In this document: positions 29,079 to 36,765 of the stretch, piece by piece
Position numbering within the stretch: position 1 is the first letter of the stretch
How the letters are laid out: the number at the start of each line of letters is the position of its first letter
Assembly (NCBI GenBank): GCA_905234625.1
Contig: CAJOIC010000003.1
Coordinates: 24,180 to 88,179, forward strand
Reading direction: 5' to 3'
DNA length: 64,000 nt
Source: an uncultured Oscillospiraceae bacterium
Lineage (GTDB): Bacteria > Bacillota > Clostridia > Oscillospirales > Oscillospiraceae
The notes under the pieces: generated by a model
Seen by the model: only the letters and a program-made list of their open reading frames with translations
Database searches by the model: none
Told to the model about the DNA's origin: nothing
Translations under genes and position numbers: made by a program

Positions 29079-31835
29079 TCAGGCCATCGCGCCCTCAACC
29101 TGGCTGGCGTTGGCCTGGCCGGCCTGGAAGTCAGCCCAGGTGCTGATGCCTACGGTGGTGAAGAGCATGTCCCAGGGGCTCTCGTCCAGGGGCATCTCAT
29201 CCCAGGAGTTGATGGCATAGACCTGGCCCTTGAACTCGTCCAGATCCGGAGCGTTGCCGCCGGCAGCCGAGATCAGGTACTCCTGATAGTCGGCCCAGGT
29301 GACGTCGCCCGCAGCAGCCGCGGGAGCTTCCTCCTCGCCGCCGAACAGGGAGGCGAGATCGGACAGCTTCACATACTCCTCGCCGTCGATGACGTACACG
29401 TCAAGGACATACTCCTGGCCGCCGATGACGATAACGGTCTCGGAGGTGTCGGCAGCGGGCTCAGCGGAAGGCTCAGCGGAAGGCTCGCCGGAGGGCTCTG
29501 CGGACAGGGAGGTGGCGATCAGAATGGTAGCGATGGAAGCGACGGAAGCGGTGGGCTCAGCGGAACCGGTGTCGGCAGTGCCTTCCACCTGGCTGGCAGC
29601 CGCTTCGCCGCCCTGGAACTGCTCCCAGGTGCTGATGCCGAGGGTGGTGAAAAGCTGATCCCAGGGGCTCTGATCCAGGGGCATCTCGTCCCAGGAGTTG
29701 ATGGCATAGACCTGAGCCTTGAACTCGTCCAGGCTGGGGGCGTTGCCGCCGGCAGCCGCGATCAGGTACTCCTGATAGTCAGCCCAGGAAGCGCCCGCAG
29801 CCGCAGGCTCCTCGGAGCCGCCGGCCACGCCTTGCTCGGCCTCGATGGCGTCCAGAGCCGCGCCGACGTCCAGAACGCCGTCCGCGGTCACGCCGCCGCC
29901 GGCGACCTCAGCGCCGCCAACGACCTCGACCTTGCCGCCGTAGGTGCCGGCGGGGATGACATCCTTGCCAGCTGTGATGGTGACAGAGCCGTCTGCATTC
30001 TCAACGAGCTTACCGGTGACGACAGCGCCGTCCGCAATGGTCAGGCTGGTGACCAGGGACTCGCCGGCGATGTTCCACTCAGCGCCGGGCTCGACGGTCA
30101 CGGTGATGGTGGAGGCGCCGTTGAAGTGGACCAGGTTCTCCACGTGGCCCTGCAGGAAGTACTCGTTGATGGTGTAATCGGTGATCTGGATGTAGGCGGC
30201 CTTGGAGGCGTCCTTGGTCTCGTTGCCGTCTTCGTCCAGCAGGACATACTTGATGTCGTCGCCGTAGTACTGGATGCCCTCGATGGCCTCAGCGCTGTAG
30301 GGCACGCCCTTGATGGTGGAGGTCAGCGCGATATCGCCGTTCAGGACCGCGTTCTCACCCAGGGTAATGGCGAGGTTGTCGCCGGACTTGCCGTAGTAGC
30401 CGGTGCCGTTGTAGATGTTGCCCTCATAGGTGCCGTTTGCGTAGGAGACGTTCACGTCGTAGCCGCCGGTGCCGGTGGTGACATCATAGTTGACGCCGGG
30501 GAAGCCGATACCGTAGGAGGCCAGCTTGCTGTCAGAGTAGGTCTCATCGAAGCCGGGATCCACAGCCATGGGCATGCCGCCGATACGGGAGTCATCGTCG
30601 TTGTCGATCATCTGGAACAGAACGCCCTTGGCGGAGTTCAGCTCAGCGCCGTCGAAGATCCAGCTGCCCTTGGCCGCCTTGTGGATGACGATAGCGTCGG
30701 CGGAGTTGATGACGGTGCCGTCGATGATGTACATACCGTCGGAGATGGAGTTGTGCTGCATGAAGCCGAACACGCCGTTGATAACGGTGGGCTGGCCCTT
30801 GCCCTGGACGGAGCCCATGGGCTCGCCGGAGGCGTCCACCATGTCGACGGTGCCGTTGGAGGAGGCGTAAACGCCCTTCTCGGCGCCGGTGATGATGGCA
30901 GCATAGGTCACGCCGTCAAAAGTGGCGCCATAATAATATTGAGTGGGGCTGCCGATGTAGTAGGAGCCGTAAGCGGAGCCGTAGGCGTCCTCATCGTAAC
31001 CGAAGATGCGCCAGCCGGAGTCGGAGCCGCCCTCGCTCTCGGGCAGAGAGATCAGCTCGGAGTCCACCACGTTGATGGTCATATTGGAGCCGGAGTCGGT
31101 GGAGAGGAGACCCCAGGTCCGGCCGCCCACCAGCTTGGAGTTGATGATGGTCAGCTTGGGGGTGGTGCCGATCATGTTGAGGATACGGCCGCCGCCGGTG
31201 ATACCCAGAGGCCAGGGGGGAGAGATCATGTAGTTCTGATCCGCGCTGGAGTGATAGCCCTCCCAGGCGTTGGTCAGGGGATCGTTGCCCATGACGGTGA
31301 TGTCGGAATCCTCGATGGTGACCTCGGCGTTCTGAGATACGACGGTGACGCCGCGCTCGAAGCCGGTGGAGTAGTAGGTCAGATCCTTCAGGTCCAGCTT
31401 CGCGCCGTCGTAGGCAACGGTAGCGGAGCCCTGGCCGGAGAAGTCGGAGGTGTTCTGGCCGTCGGAGTCGTCCAAGACCACCAGGGTGCCGGAGACGGTG
31501 ACGTCGGCGTCCTCGCCGTGAGCGTACACGGCGGTGAAGCCCTCGCCGGAGACGGTCTCGTCCAGAGCGATCTCGCCGGAGGCGGTGAGGTCGTTCTCAA
31601 TGAAAATAGCGCCGGGGGTCTTGCGATTGGAATAGTTCGTGAGGTACTCGTACTCGGAGGCGGTCATATCGGCCACATCCTTAGTCTCAGCGGTGGCGGG
31701 AACGCCGTCAGCCGCAGCCTCAGCAGAGGGCTCGGGAGAGCCTTCGCCGGAGGGTTCGCCGCTCGCGAATGCGCCCAGGGACAGGAGCATGCAGAGAGCG
31801 AGGAACAGAGACAAAAGCTTGCTGAGTTTCTTCAT
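29079..31835 (-). CDS. large secreted repeat protein of unknown function
   Basis: Start at MKKLSKLLSLFLALCMLLSLGAFA with AAGGAG 7 nt upstream. Predicted signal peptide, SGEPS/AEPS linkers, a long Gly/Asn/Thr/Asp-rich central region that may be beta-helical, and two 69-aa C-terminal repeats. Confidence 0.85.
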   Translation of the reverse strand: MKKLSKLLSLFLALCMLLSLGAFASGEPSGEGSPEPSAEAAADGVPATAETKDVADMTASEYEYLTNYSNRKTPGAIFIENDLTASGEIALDETVSGEGFTAVYAHGEDADVTVSGTLVVLDDSDGQNTSDFSGQGSATVAYDGAKLDLKDLTYYSTGFERGVTVVSQNAEVTIEDSDITVMGNDPLTNAWEGYHSSADQNYMISPPWPLGITGGGRILNMIGTTPKLTIINSKLVGGRTWGLLSTDSGSNMTINVVDSELISLPESEGGSDSGWRIFGYDEDAYGSAYGSYYIGSPTQYYYGATFDGVTYAAIITGAEKGVYASSNGTVDMVDASGEPMGSVQGKGQPTVINGVFGFMQHNSISDGMYIIDGTVINSADAIVIHKAAKGSWIFDGAELNSAKGVLFQMIDNDDDSRIGGMPMAVDPGFDETYSDSKLASYGIGFPGVNYDVTTGTGGYDVNVSYANGTYEGNIYNGTGYYGKSGDNLAITLGENAVLNGDIALTSTIKGVPYSAEAIEGIQYYGDDIKYVLLDEDGNETKDASKAAYIQITDYTINEYFLQGHVENLVHFNGASTITVTVEPGAEWNIAGESLVTSLTIADGAVVTGKLVENADGSVTITAGKDVIPAGTYGGKVEVVGGAEVAGGGVTADGVLDVGAALDAIEAEQGVAGGSEEPAAAGASWADYQEYLIAAAGGNAPSLDEFKAQVYAINSWDEMPLDQSPWDQLFTTLGISTWEQFQGGEAAASQVEGTADTGSAEPTASVASIATILIATSLSAEPSGEPSAEPSAEPAADTSETVIVIGGQEYVLDVYVIDGEEYVKLSDLASLFGGEEEAPAAAAGDVTWADYQEYLISAAGGNAPDLDEFKGQVYAINSWDEMPLDESPWDMLFTTVGISTWADFQAGQANASQVEGAMA
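29091..29297 (-). repeat. C-terminal 69-aa Trp-rich module, copy 2 (coding repeat)
   Basis: WADYQEYLISAAGGNAPDLDEFKGQVYAINSWDEMPLDESPWDMLFTTVGISTWADFQAGQANASQVEG. Hand alignment gives 58/69 residues identical to copy 1. Confidence 0.9.
29580..29786 (-). repeat. C-terminal 69-aa Trp-rich module, copy 1 (coding repeat)
   Basis: WADYQEYLIAAAGGNAPSLDEFKAQVYAINSWDEMPLDQSPWDQLFTTLGISTWEQFQGGEAAASQVEG. Confidence 0.9.
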
Positions 31836-31961
31836 GGTGTTTCTCCTTCCAAAAATATAGTCAAAAAATGACACAAATATATTAATGCATAACCCTCGAC
31901 GATTTCAACTACAATTCTTGTCAAATATAACAATTATTATATTTTTGTGCAAAAAGCGACG

Positions 31962-31976
31962 ATTACAAATTGTAAT
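31962..31976. promoter_or_regulatory. perfect 6-3-6 palindrome ATTACA-AAT-TGTAAT in the divergent promoter region
   Basis: Read directly from the sequence. It lies in the AT-rich 262-nt gap between the two secreted-protein genes, with further TTGTAA half-sites at about 31996 and 32026-32037. Confidence 0.35.
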
Positions 31977-32097
31977 TAGATTATGGCAACTGAAATTGTA
32001 ATTTTTGTTTCCGGTTTAAGCTATTCTTGTAACCTGTAAAATATTTATAATGATACTGCATGAATATGCGCTTCTGTGGAAGGAAGGTATCATAATT

Positions 32098-32655
32098 ATG
32101 AGGAAAGCGGGAAAGCTGTTTTTGCTGCTGCTGGCGCTTTGCGCGTTGCTCATCGTCAGCGCGTTCGCGTCCGGTGAGCCGAGTGCCGAGCCCTCCGGGG
32201 AGATGGAGGCTTCGGCCTCTGCGGAACCGTCCGGAGAACCCTCCGGCGAGCCGTCGTCATTTGAGATCACGATCCTCCTGAACGGGGAGGAATACGACGC
32301 CGTTTCGATCGGCATTACCGTGGAGGAGAATGTATACACCTTCGATGTGTCGGAGCTGTTTTCCGCTTTCGGGATCGTTATGAGCTACGATGAGGATTCG
32401 GACGTCGCCGAGATATCGGCGGAGGAGGGGAGCCTCATGGCCGTCATGCTGACGCAGATGACGGATGCCGCCGTATCCGACGGAGCTGACGCTGCGGCGG
32501 AGTCAGCGCCGGCGGAGAAGCGTGTTCCCGCGCTCAAAGACGCGCCGATTCCCAAATTGACTGAGCCTGCTGTGAGAGCGGATTCGCCAAAGACACTGCC
32601 CGCTTCAGCGCGGGAGCATGATCTGCTGCGGCTGGCAAAAGAAAAATATCGTTAA
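32098..32655 (+). CDS. small secreted protein sharing linker and stalk modules with the divergent 918-aa protein
   Basis: MRKAGKLFLLLLALCALLIVSAFA signal peptide. SGEPSAEPSGE...SGEPSGEPS linker. Segment ITILLNGEEYDAVSIGITVEENVYTFDVSELFSAFG. Confidence 0.7.
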   Translation: MRKAGKLFLLLLALCALLIVSAFASGEPSAEPSGEMEASASAEPSGEPSGEPSSFEITILLNGEEYDAVSIGITVEENVYTFDVSELFSAFGIVMSYDEDSDVAEISAEEGSLMAVMLTQMTDAAVSDGADAAAESAPAEKRVPALKDAPIPKLTEPAVRADSPKTLPASAREHDLLRLAKEKYR

Positions 32656-32738
32656 TGCAAGGAAGGTCCGCATTTTGGGCAGGGCGCTGCTGAGCCTTCC
32701 TTCCAAAGATCAACAAAAGTCCCTGTCCAATGGCGATA

Positions 32739-32768
32739 GCCCCTCTCCTTCGGGAGAGGGGCGCTTTT
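32739..32768 (+). terminator. intrinsic terminator after the small secreted-protein gene
   Basis: Stem gcccctctcc / ggagaggggc with a ttcg loop, followed by gctttt. Confidence 0.75.
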
Positions 32769-32861
32769 CTTGGATTTATTTACAGTTTGTTCAACACAAG
32801 GAGGGAGAAGTAGTTTATCCTTATATAAGCGAAACGATACTTTCTCACAAGGTGAATGTCC

Positions 32862-33272
32862 ATGAGATTCAGAGAAAAATTGGCACAATTCATGTACGGA
32901 CGCCGCGGCATGGACGAGTTTTCCCGGTTCCTCCTGATCGCCGTTCTGGTCTTGATCCTGCTCAGCTGGGTGACGACGGGTATCCTCCGCTCGCTCCTGA
33001 GCGTGGCGGAGGTTGCCGGGCTCGTGTACTGCTATCTGCGCGTGTTTTCCCGGGATATCTACAAGCGGCAGCGGGAAAACGCGTGGTACCTGCAAAAACG
33101 CTCGGCGGTGGTGAACTGGTTCCACTCCCTGAAGGACCGCTGGCAGCAGCGGAAGGATTATCGTTTTTTCCGCTGCCCCTCCTGCCATGCGCTGCTGCGG
33201 GTGCCGAAGAACAAAGGAAAGCTGCTCCTGACCTGCCGGAAATGCGGGAACCGGTTTGAGCGGAAATCATGA
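32862..33272 (+). CDS. membrane protein with a C-terminal zinc ribbon
   Basis: Two predicted transmembrane helices, then CPSC...CRKC. The ATG at 32862 has AAGGTG 7 nt upstream; the ATG at 32856 is an alternative. Confidence 0.7.
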   Translation: MRFREKLAQFMYGRRGMDEFSRFLLIAVLVLILLSWVTTGILRSLLSVAEVAGLVYCYLRVFSRDIYKRQRENAWYLQKRSAVVNWFHSLKDRWQQRKDYRFFRCPSCHALLRVPKNKGKLLLTCRKCGNRFERKS

Positions 33273-33751
33273 ATCCGTACGACGTGCTGGGCGTCTCGCC
33301 GCAGGCGACGGATGAGGAGCTGACCAGGGCCTATAAGACTCTCGCTAAGCGCTATCATCCTGACCTGCATCCCAACGATCCCAACGCCGCCGACCGGATG
33401 GGAGAGATCAACCGCGCCTATGACAATGTGAAGGCCATGCGCCAACGGGGCGAGAGCTGCGAGGCGTATAACGCCTATCCTGGCGCGGGAGGCTATGGAA
33501 ACGCCGGAAACGGCGATGCCTACGATCCTTTTGAGACGATGAGACGCACCTACCGCTATACATACACCAGGGGACCTCGCCGCAGTCCCATGGGCGTCAT
33601 CCTCGGCGTGATGATGATGGTGTTTTTCGTGCGGCTCATCCTCAGCATCCTCTTCGGAGGCTACGGAAGCGCATACTATGTGAACACCCGGGGTATGGAC
33701 AGCGTGCCGTACATGCCCCAGGGCTACGGATACTACGAGACGATCCCCTGA
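33269..33751 (+). CDS. J-domain protein with a C-terminal transmembrane helix
   Basis: NPYDVLGVSPQATDEELTRAYKTLAKRYHPD carries the HPD motif. No G/F or Cys-rich DnaJ regions. Hydrophobic segment VILGVMMMVFFVRLILSILFGG. Start overlaps the upstream stop (ATGA). Confidence 0.85.
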   Translation: MNPYDVLGVSPQATDEELTRAYKTLAKRYHPDLHPNDPNAADRMGEINRAYDNVKAMRQRGESCEAYNAYPGAGGYGNAGNGDAYDPFETMRRTYRYTYTRGPRRSPMGVILGVMMMVFFVRLILSILFGGYGSAYYVNTRGMDSVPYMPQGYGYYETIP

Positions 33752-33760
33752 CAGATAAAA

Positions 33761-33785
33761 CCGCCGCGGAGCTTCTCCGCGGCGG
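33761..33785. terminator. bidirectional terminator between the convergent J-domain gene and telA
   Basis: Stem ccgccgcggag / ctccgcggcgg, flanked by aaaa and ctttg. Confidence 0.7.
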
Positions 33786-33809
33786 CTTTGAAATTGTTTG
33801 CGTGAAAGA

Positions 33810-35117
33810 TCAGCCGCGCATCTCCAGGAGCTTCTTCTTCAGCTCGCCCTCGATGCGGCCCAGCTCCACCTCCGCCTGGGCGCGGCGCTGACGGCCGTCG
33901 TTCTGGATCTGGCGGACATCCTCCAGGGTCGCGATGAGCTCCTGGTTCGTCTGGGTGAGGGTCTCGATGTCCACGATGCCGCGCTCGGCCTCCTGGGCAA
34001 CGGCGACGGAGCCGGTGTGCAGAGCGGCAGCGTTCTTCTTGAGCAGCTCGTTCGTGACCTCGCTGACGTTGTGGGAGGCCTCCATGGCCTGCTGGGAGTG
34101 ATACATGCTCATGGCGAGCACCATCTGGCTCTTCCAAAGGGGGATGGTATTGCTGATGGCGGTCTGGATCTTCTCAGCCATGAGGGCGTCGTTGTTCTGG
34201 ATCATGCGGATCTGAGGGCCCATCTGCACAGAGATCATGCGGGTCAGCTCAAGGTCATGGACCTTCTTCTCAAAGCGGCCGATGAGGTTCGCGAAATCGT
34301 TGGCGGCCTGAGCGTCTTCGGGAAGGCCGGTCTGCTCAGCCTTCTGGACGAGGATGGGCAGCTCATTTTCGCGGAGCTCCTGGATCTTGAGCTTGCCGGC
34401 GATGATGTACATGGACAGCTCCTTGAAGTACGCCTGGTTCATTTCGTACATCTGGTCCATTGTGATGATGTCCTTGTTCAGCGTGATATAGTGCTGATCC
34501 AGGGCTGCGGAGATCTTGTCCACATTCACCTCGGCCTTGTCGTAGCGGGTCTTGAGCTCGGAGATGTTCTTCGCGGCCTTGGTGAAGATCTTCTTGATGC
34601 CCTTGGTGTCGAGTCCGTCGGTGTTGAGGCCCTGGAGCTGGCCCACAAGGTTCGTGAGCATGGTGCCCACCTCGCCGAGATCCTTGGTGCGGACGGATTC
34701 CAGCGCCTGAGCGGAAAAGTCCGCGATGTTCTTCTGGGCGTTGGAGCCGTAAGACATGACCTGGGCGGAGTCGGTGATGTCGATCTTTTTTGCAAATTCC
34801 CGCACGGCGGCCTGCTCCGCGGGGGAGAGGGAGTCGATGTCCAGCTTAACCACGGGAGCAGCCTCCTGGGCGACAGCGGGGGCGGCGGGAGCGTCGGCGC
34901 CGAGGACAAGCGTGGGCACGGCCTGGGTCGCCGCGGCGGCGACAGCGGCGGCGGTAGGCGCCGCAGGGATCACCGGGGCGGCGTCCTTCCCGAGGGAAGC
35001 GTCCGCGGCGGCGATGGCGGCCTCCGCATCGGGCATGGCCTGGGCAAGAGCATCGTCCGGGGCAGGGGGATTGGGGTCAAGAGTGAGATTGATCTCGTAT
35101 TTCTGTTCGTCAGCCAT
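33810..35117 (-). CDS. telA: TelA/YaaN-family toxic anion resistance protein
   Basis: 435 aa. Helical TelA-family core (NDALMAEKIQTAISNTIPLWKSQMVLAM) after an Ala/Pro-rich N-terminus. Confidence 0.85.
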   Translation of the reverse strand: MADEQKYEINLTLDPNPPAPDDALAQAMPDAEAAIAAADASLGKDAAPVIPAAPTAAAVAAAATQAVPTLVLGADAPAAPAVAQEAAPVVKLDIDSLSPAEQAAVREFAKKIDITDSAQVMSYGSNAQKNIADFSAQALESVRTKDLGEVGTMLTNLVGQLQGLNTDGLDTKGIKKIFTKAAKNISELKTRYDKAEVNVDKISAALDQHYITLNKDIITMDQMYEMNQAYFKELSMYIIAGKLKIQELRENELPILVQKAEQTGLPEDAQAANDFANLIGRFEKKVHDLELTRMISVQMGPQIRMIQNNDALMAEKIQTAISNTIPLWKSQMVLAMSMYHSQQAMEASHNVSEVTNELLKKNAAALHTGSVAVAQEAERGIVDIETLTQTNQELIATLEDVRQIQNDGRQRRAQAEVELGRIEGELKKKLLEMRG

Positions 35118-35383
35118 GGTACTTGTCCTTTCCGTATAGCTTGTTTTTATCTGTTTCGGACCTGAGAGACTTCGGGAAGCATATAATAAACCACCATTAT
35201 TTTATGCGAAATACGGTGTATCGTCAAGGATTACTTGCTTATTTTACCCAATATATGGTATACTACCCTCCGATGCTCGAAAGCGGTGGGAAGGAAGCGG
35301 TCGGCGCCTGACGGCTCCCCTCCCTATATGAAAGCCTGTATCGCGCGGCAGGGCTGGATCATTCTATGCGCCAGGAGACAGAG

Positions 35384-36046
35384 ATGACAAACATCAGGAT
35401 AGCTCCATCGATCCTAGCGGCGGATCTTTCCCGCCTCGGTGACGAGGTCCGGGACGTGCTGGACGGGGGAGCGGACTATATCCATGTGGATGTGATGGAC
35501 GGGTATTTCGTGCCGAACCTCTCCTTCGGGATCCCCATCGTCACCAGTCTTCGCAAAGCCTTTCCGGAGGCCTTCCTGGACGTACATCTGATGATCAAGC
35601 AGCCGGGACGCTTTGTGAAGGCCTTCGTTGAGGAGGGAGCCAGCCTCATCACGATCCATGCTGAGGCGGACGATCCCGCGTATATCGGCCTCGCACTGAA
35701 CGAGATCCGCGCCCACGGGGTGCGCACCTGTGTGTCTCTCCGGCCCAAAACATCTATCTCCGCCCTGGAGCGTTGGCTGGATGATCTGGACATGGTACTC
35801 ATTATGACCGTGGAGCCGGGCTTCGGCGGACAGAGCTTCATGCTGGATCAGTTGGGCAAGATCCAGGAGCTTCGAGCCGCCATCGAGGCCCGGGGCCTCA
35901 ACTGCGATATAGAGGTGGACGGCGGCATCACCGCCAAGACCGCGCCTTTGGCTATCGAGGCGGGAGCGAACGTCCTTGTGTCGGGCAGCGCCGTCTTCGG
36001 ACGGAAGGACCGCCGGACTGCCATAGAAGAACTGCGTTGTAGGTGA
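35384..36046 (+). CDS. rpe: ribulose-phosphate 3-epimerase
   Basis: Starts MTNIRIAPSILAADL. Has HVDVMDG, MTVEPGFGGQ and VDGGI. AGGAGA lies 5 nt upstream of the ATG at 35384. Confidence 0.9.
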   Translation: MTNIRIAPSILAADLSRLGDEVRDVLDGGADYIHVDVMDGYFVPNLSFGIPIVTSLRKAFPEAFLDVHLMIKQPGRFVKAFVEEGASLITIHAEADDPAYIGLALNEIRAHGVRTCVSLRPKTSISALERWLDDLDMVLIMTVEPGFGGQSFMLDQLGKIQELRAAIEARGLNCDIEVDGGITAKTAPLAIEAGANVLVSGSAVFGRKDRRTAIEELRCR

Positions 36047-36055
36047 GATAGAAAG

Positions 36056-36655
36056 ATGTCAACATTTCCCGCGTCCTTTGAGACGCTGATCGACCGTTTC
36101 GCGTCCCTGCCGGGTATCGGGCGCAAGAGCGCCCAGCGTCTGGCATTCCATGTCCTTGCCCTGCCGGAGGGTGAGGCGGAGGCCTTTGCGGAGACCATTC
36201 TGGAGGCGCGCCGCAGCGTCCATACCTGCCCCATCTGCCAGAACCTCACGGACGCTGAGGTCTGCGGCGTATGCTCGGACAGCCGCAGGGACCGCTCGGT
36301 GATTTGCGTCGTGGCGGAGGCCCGGGATGTGGCGAGTCTGGAGCGCAGCCGGGAGTATTCCGGCGTGTACCATGTGCTCCACGGCGTTTTGTCGCCTATG
36401 AGCCATGTGGGACCGGATGATATCCGCATCGCGGAGCTCGTGAAGCGTGTCGCGGCGGGGGATGTGCAGGAGGTCATCATGGCGACGAATCCCGATACGC
36501 AGGGAGACACCACGGCGCTGTATATCGCGCGGCTTTTGAAGCCTTTTGATGTGAAGGTGACGCGCCTTGCCTACGGTATCCCGGTGGGCTCCAACCTGGA
36601 GTTCACGGACGACGCTACCCTTATGCGCGCCCTGGAAGGACGCCGGGAGCTCTGA
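36056..36655 (+). CDS. recR: recombination protein RecR
   Basis: 199 aa. Helix-hairpin-helix (LPGIGRKSAQRLAFH), C4 zinc finger (CPICQNLT...CGVC) and a Toprim domain. Confidence 0.93.
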   Translation: MSTFPASFETLIDRFASLPGIGRKSAQRLAFHVLALPEGEAEAFAETILEARRSVHTCPICQNLTDAEVCGVCSDSRRDRSVICVVAEARDVASLERSREYSGVYHVLHGVLSPMSHVGPDDIRIAELVKRVAAGDVQEVIMATNPDTQGDTTALYIARLLKPFDVKVTRLAYGIPVGSNLEFTDDATLMRALEGRREL

Positions 36656-36696
36656 TGACCCGGAATAGTGTTTTCGGGAACTGGGTATGATCTTAT

Positions 36697-36720
36697 CGGA
36701 CGGATCGGACCGTCCGTTTT
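36697..36720 (+). terminator. intrinsic terminator after recR
   Basis: Stem cggacgg / ccgtccg followed by tttt. Confidence 0.6.
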
Positions 36721-36765
36721 ACGGAAAAGCTGAATACATAATGTAAGGAGAAAACTGATCGAAAA

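Noticed and set aside
29440-29530. Short tandem nucleotide repeats encoding SGEPS/AEPS/AETAE, also present at 32160-32270 and 14190-14290, checked as possible CRISPR or VNTR arrays.
   Set aside because: They lie in frame inside secreted-protein and lipoprotein genes and encode low-complexity linkers. They lack the unique spacers and regular repeat length of a CRISPR array.
29076-31871. A 931-aa plus-strand ORF that exactly mirrors the 931-aa minus-strand ORF. Similar long antisense ORFs lie at 998-2869 (-), 7072-9396 (-), 48623-50833 (-) and 60121-62493 (-).
   Set aside because: Their translations are Gly/Ala/Val/Asp/Arg-rich low-complexity sequence with no motifs, signal peptides or ribosome-binding sites. 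The opposite strands encode recognisable proteins. Long stop-free antisense frames are expected in a GC3-rich genome.
35240-35383. The 5' leader of about 100 nt upstream of rpe, with GC-rich segments, examined for a riboswitch or attenuator.
   Set aside because: I could build only imperfect, short pairings. No known riboswitch core was recognisable and no terminator-like T-tract is present.
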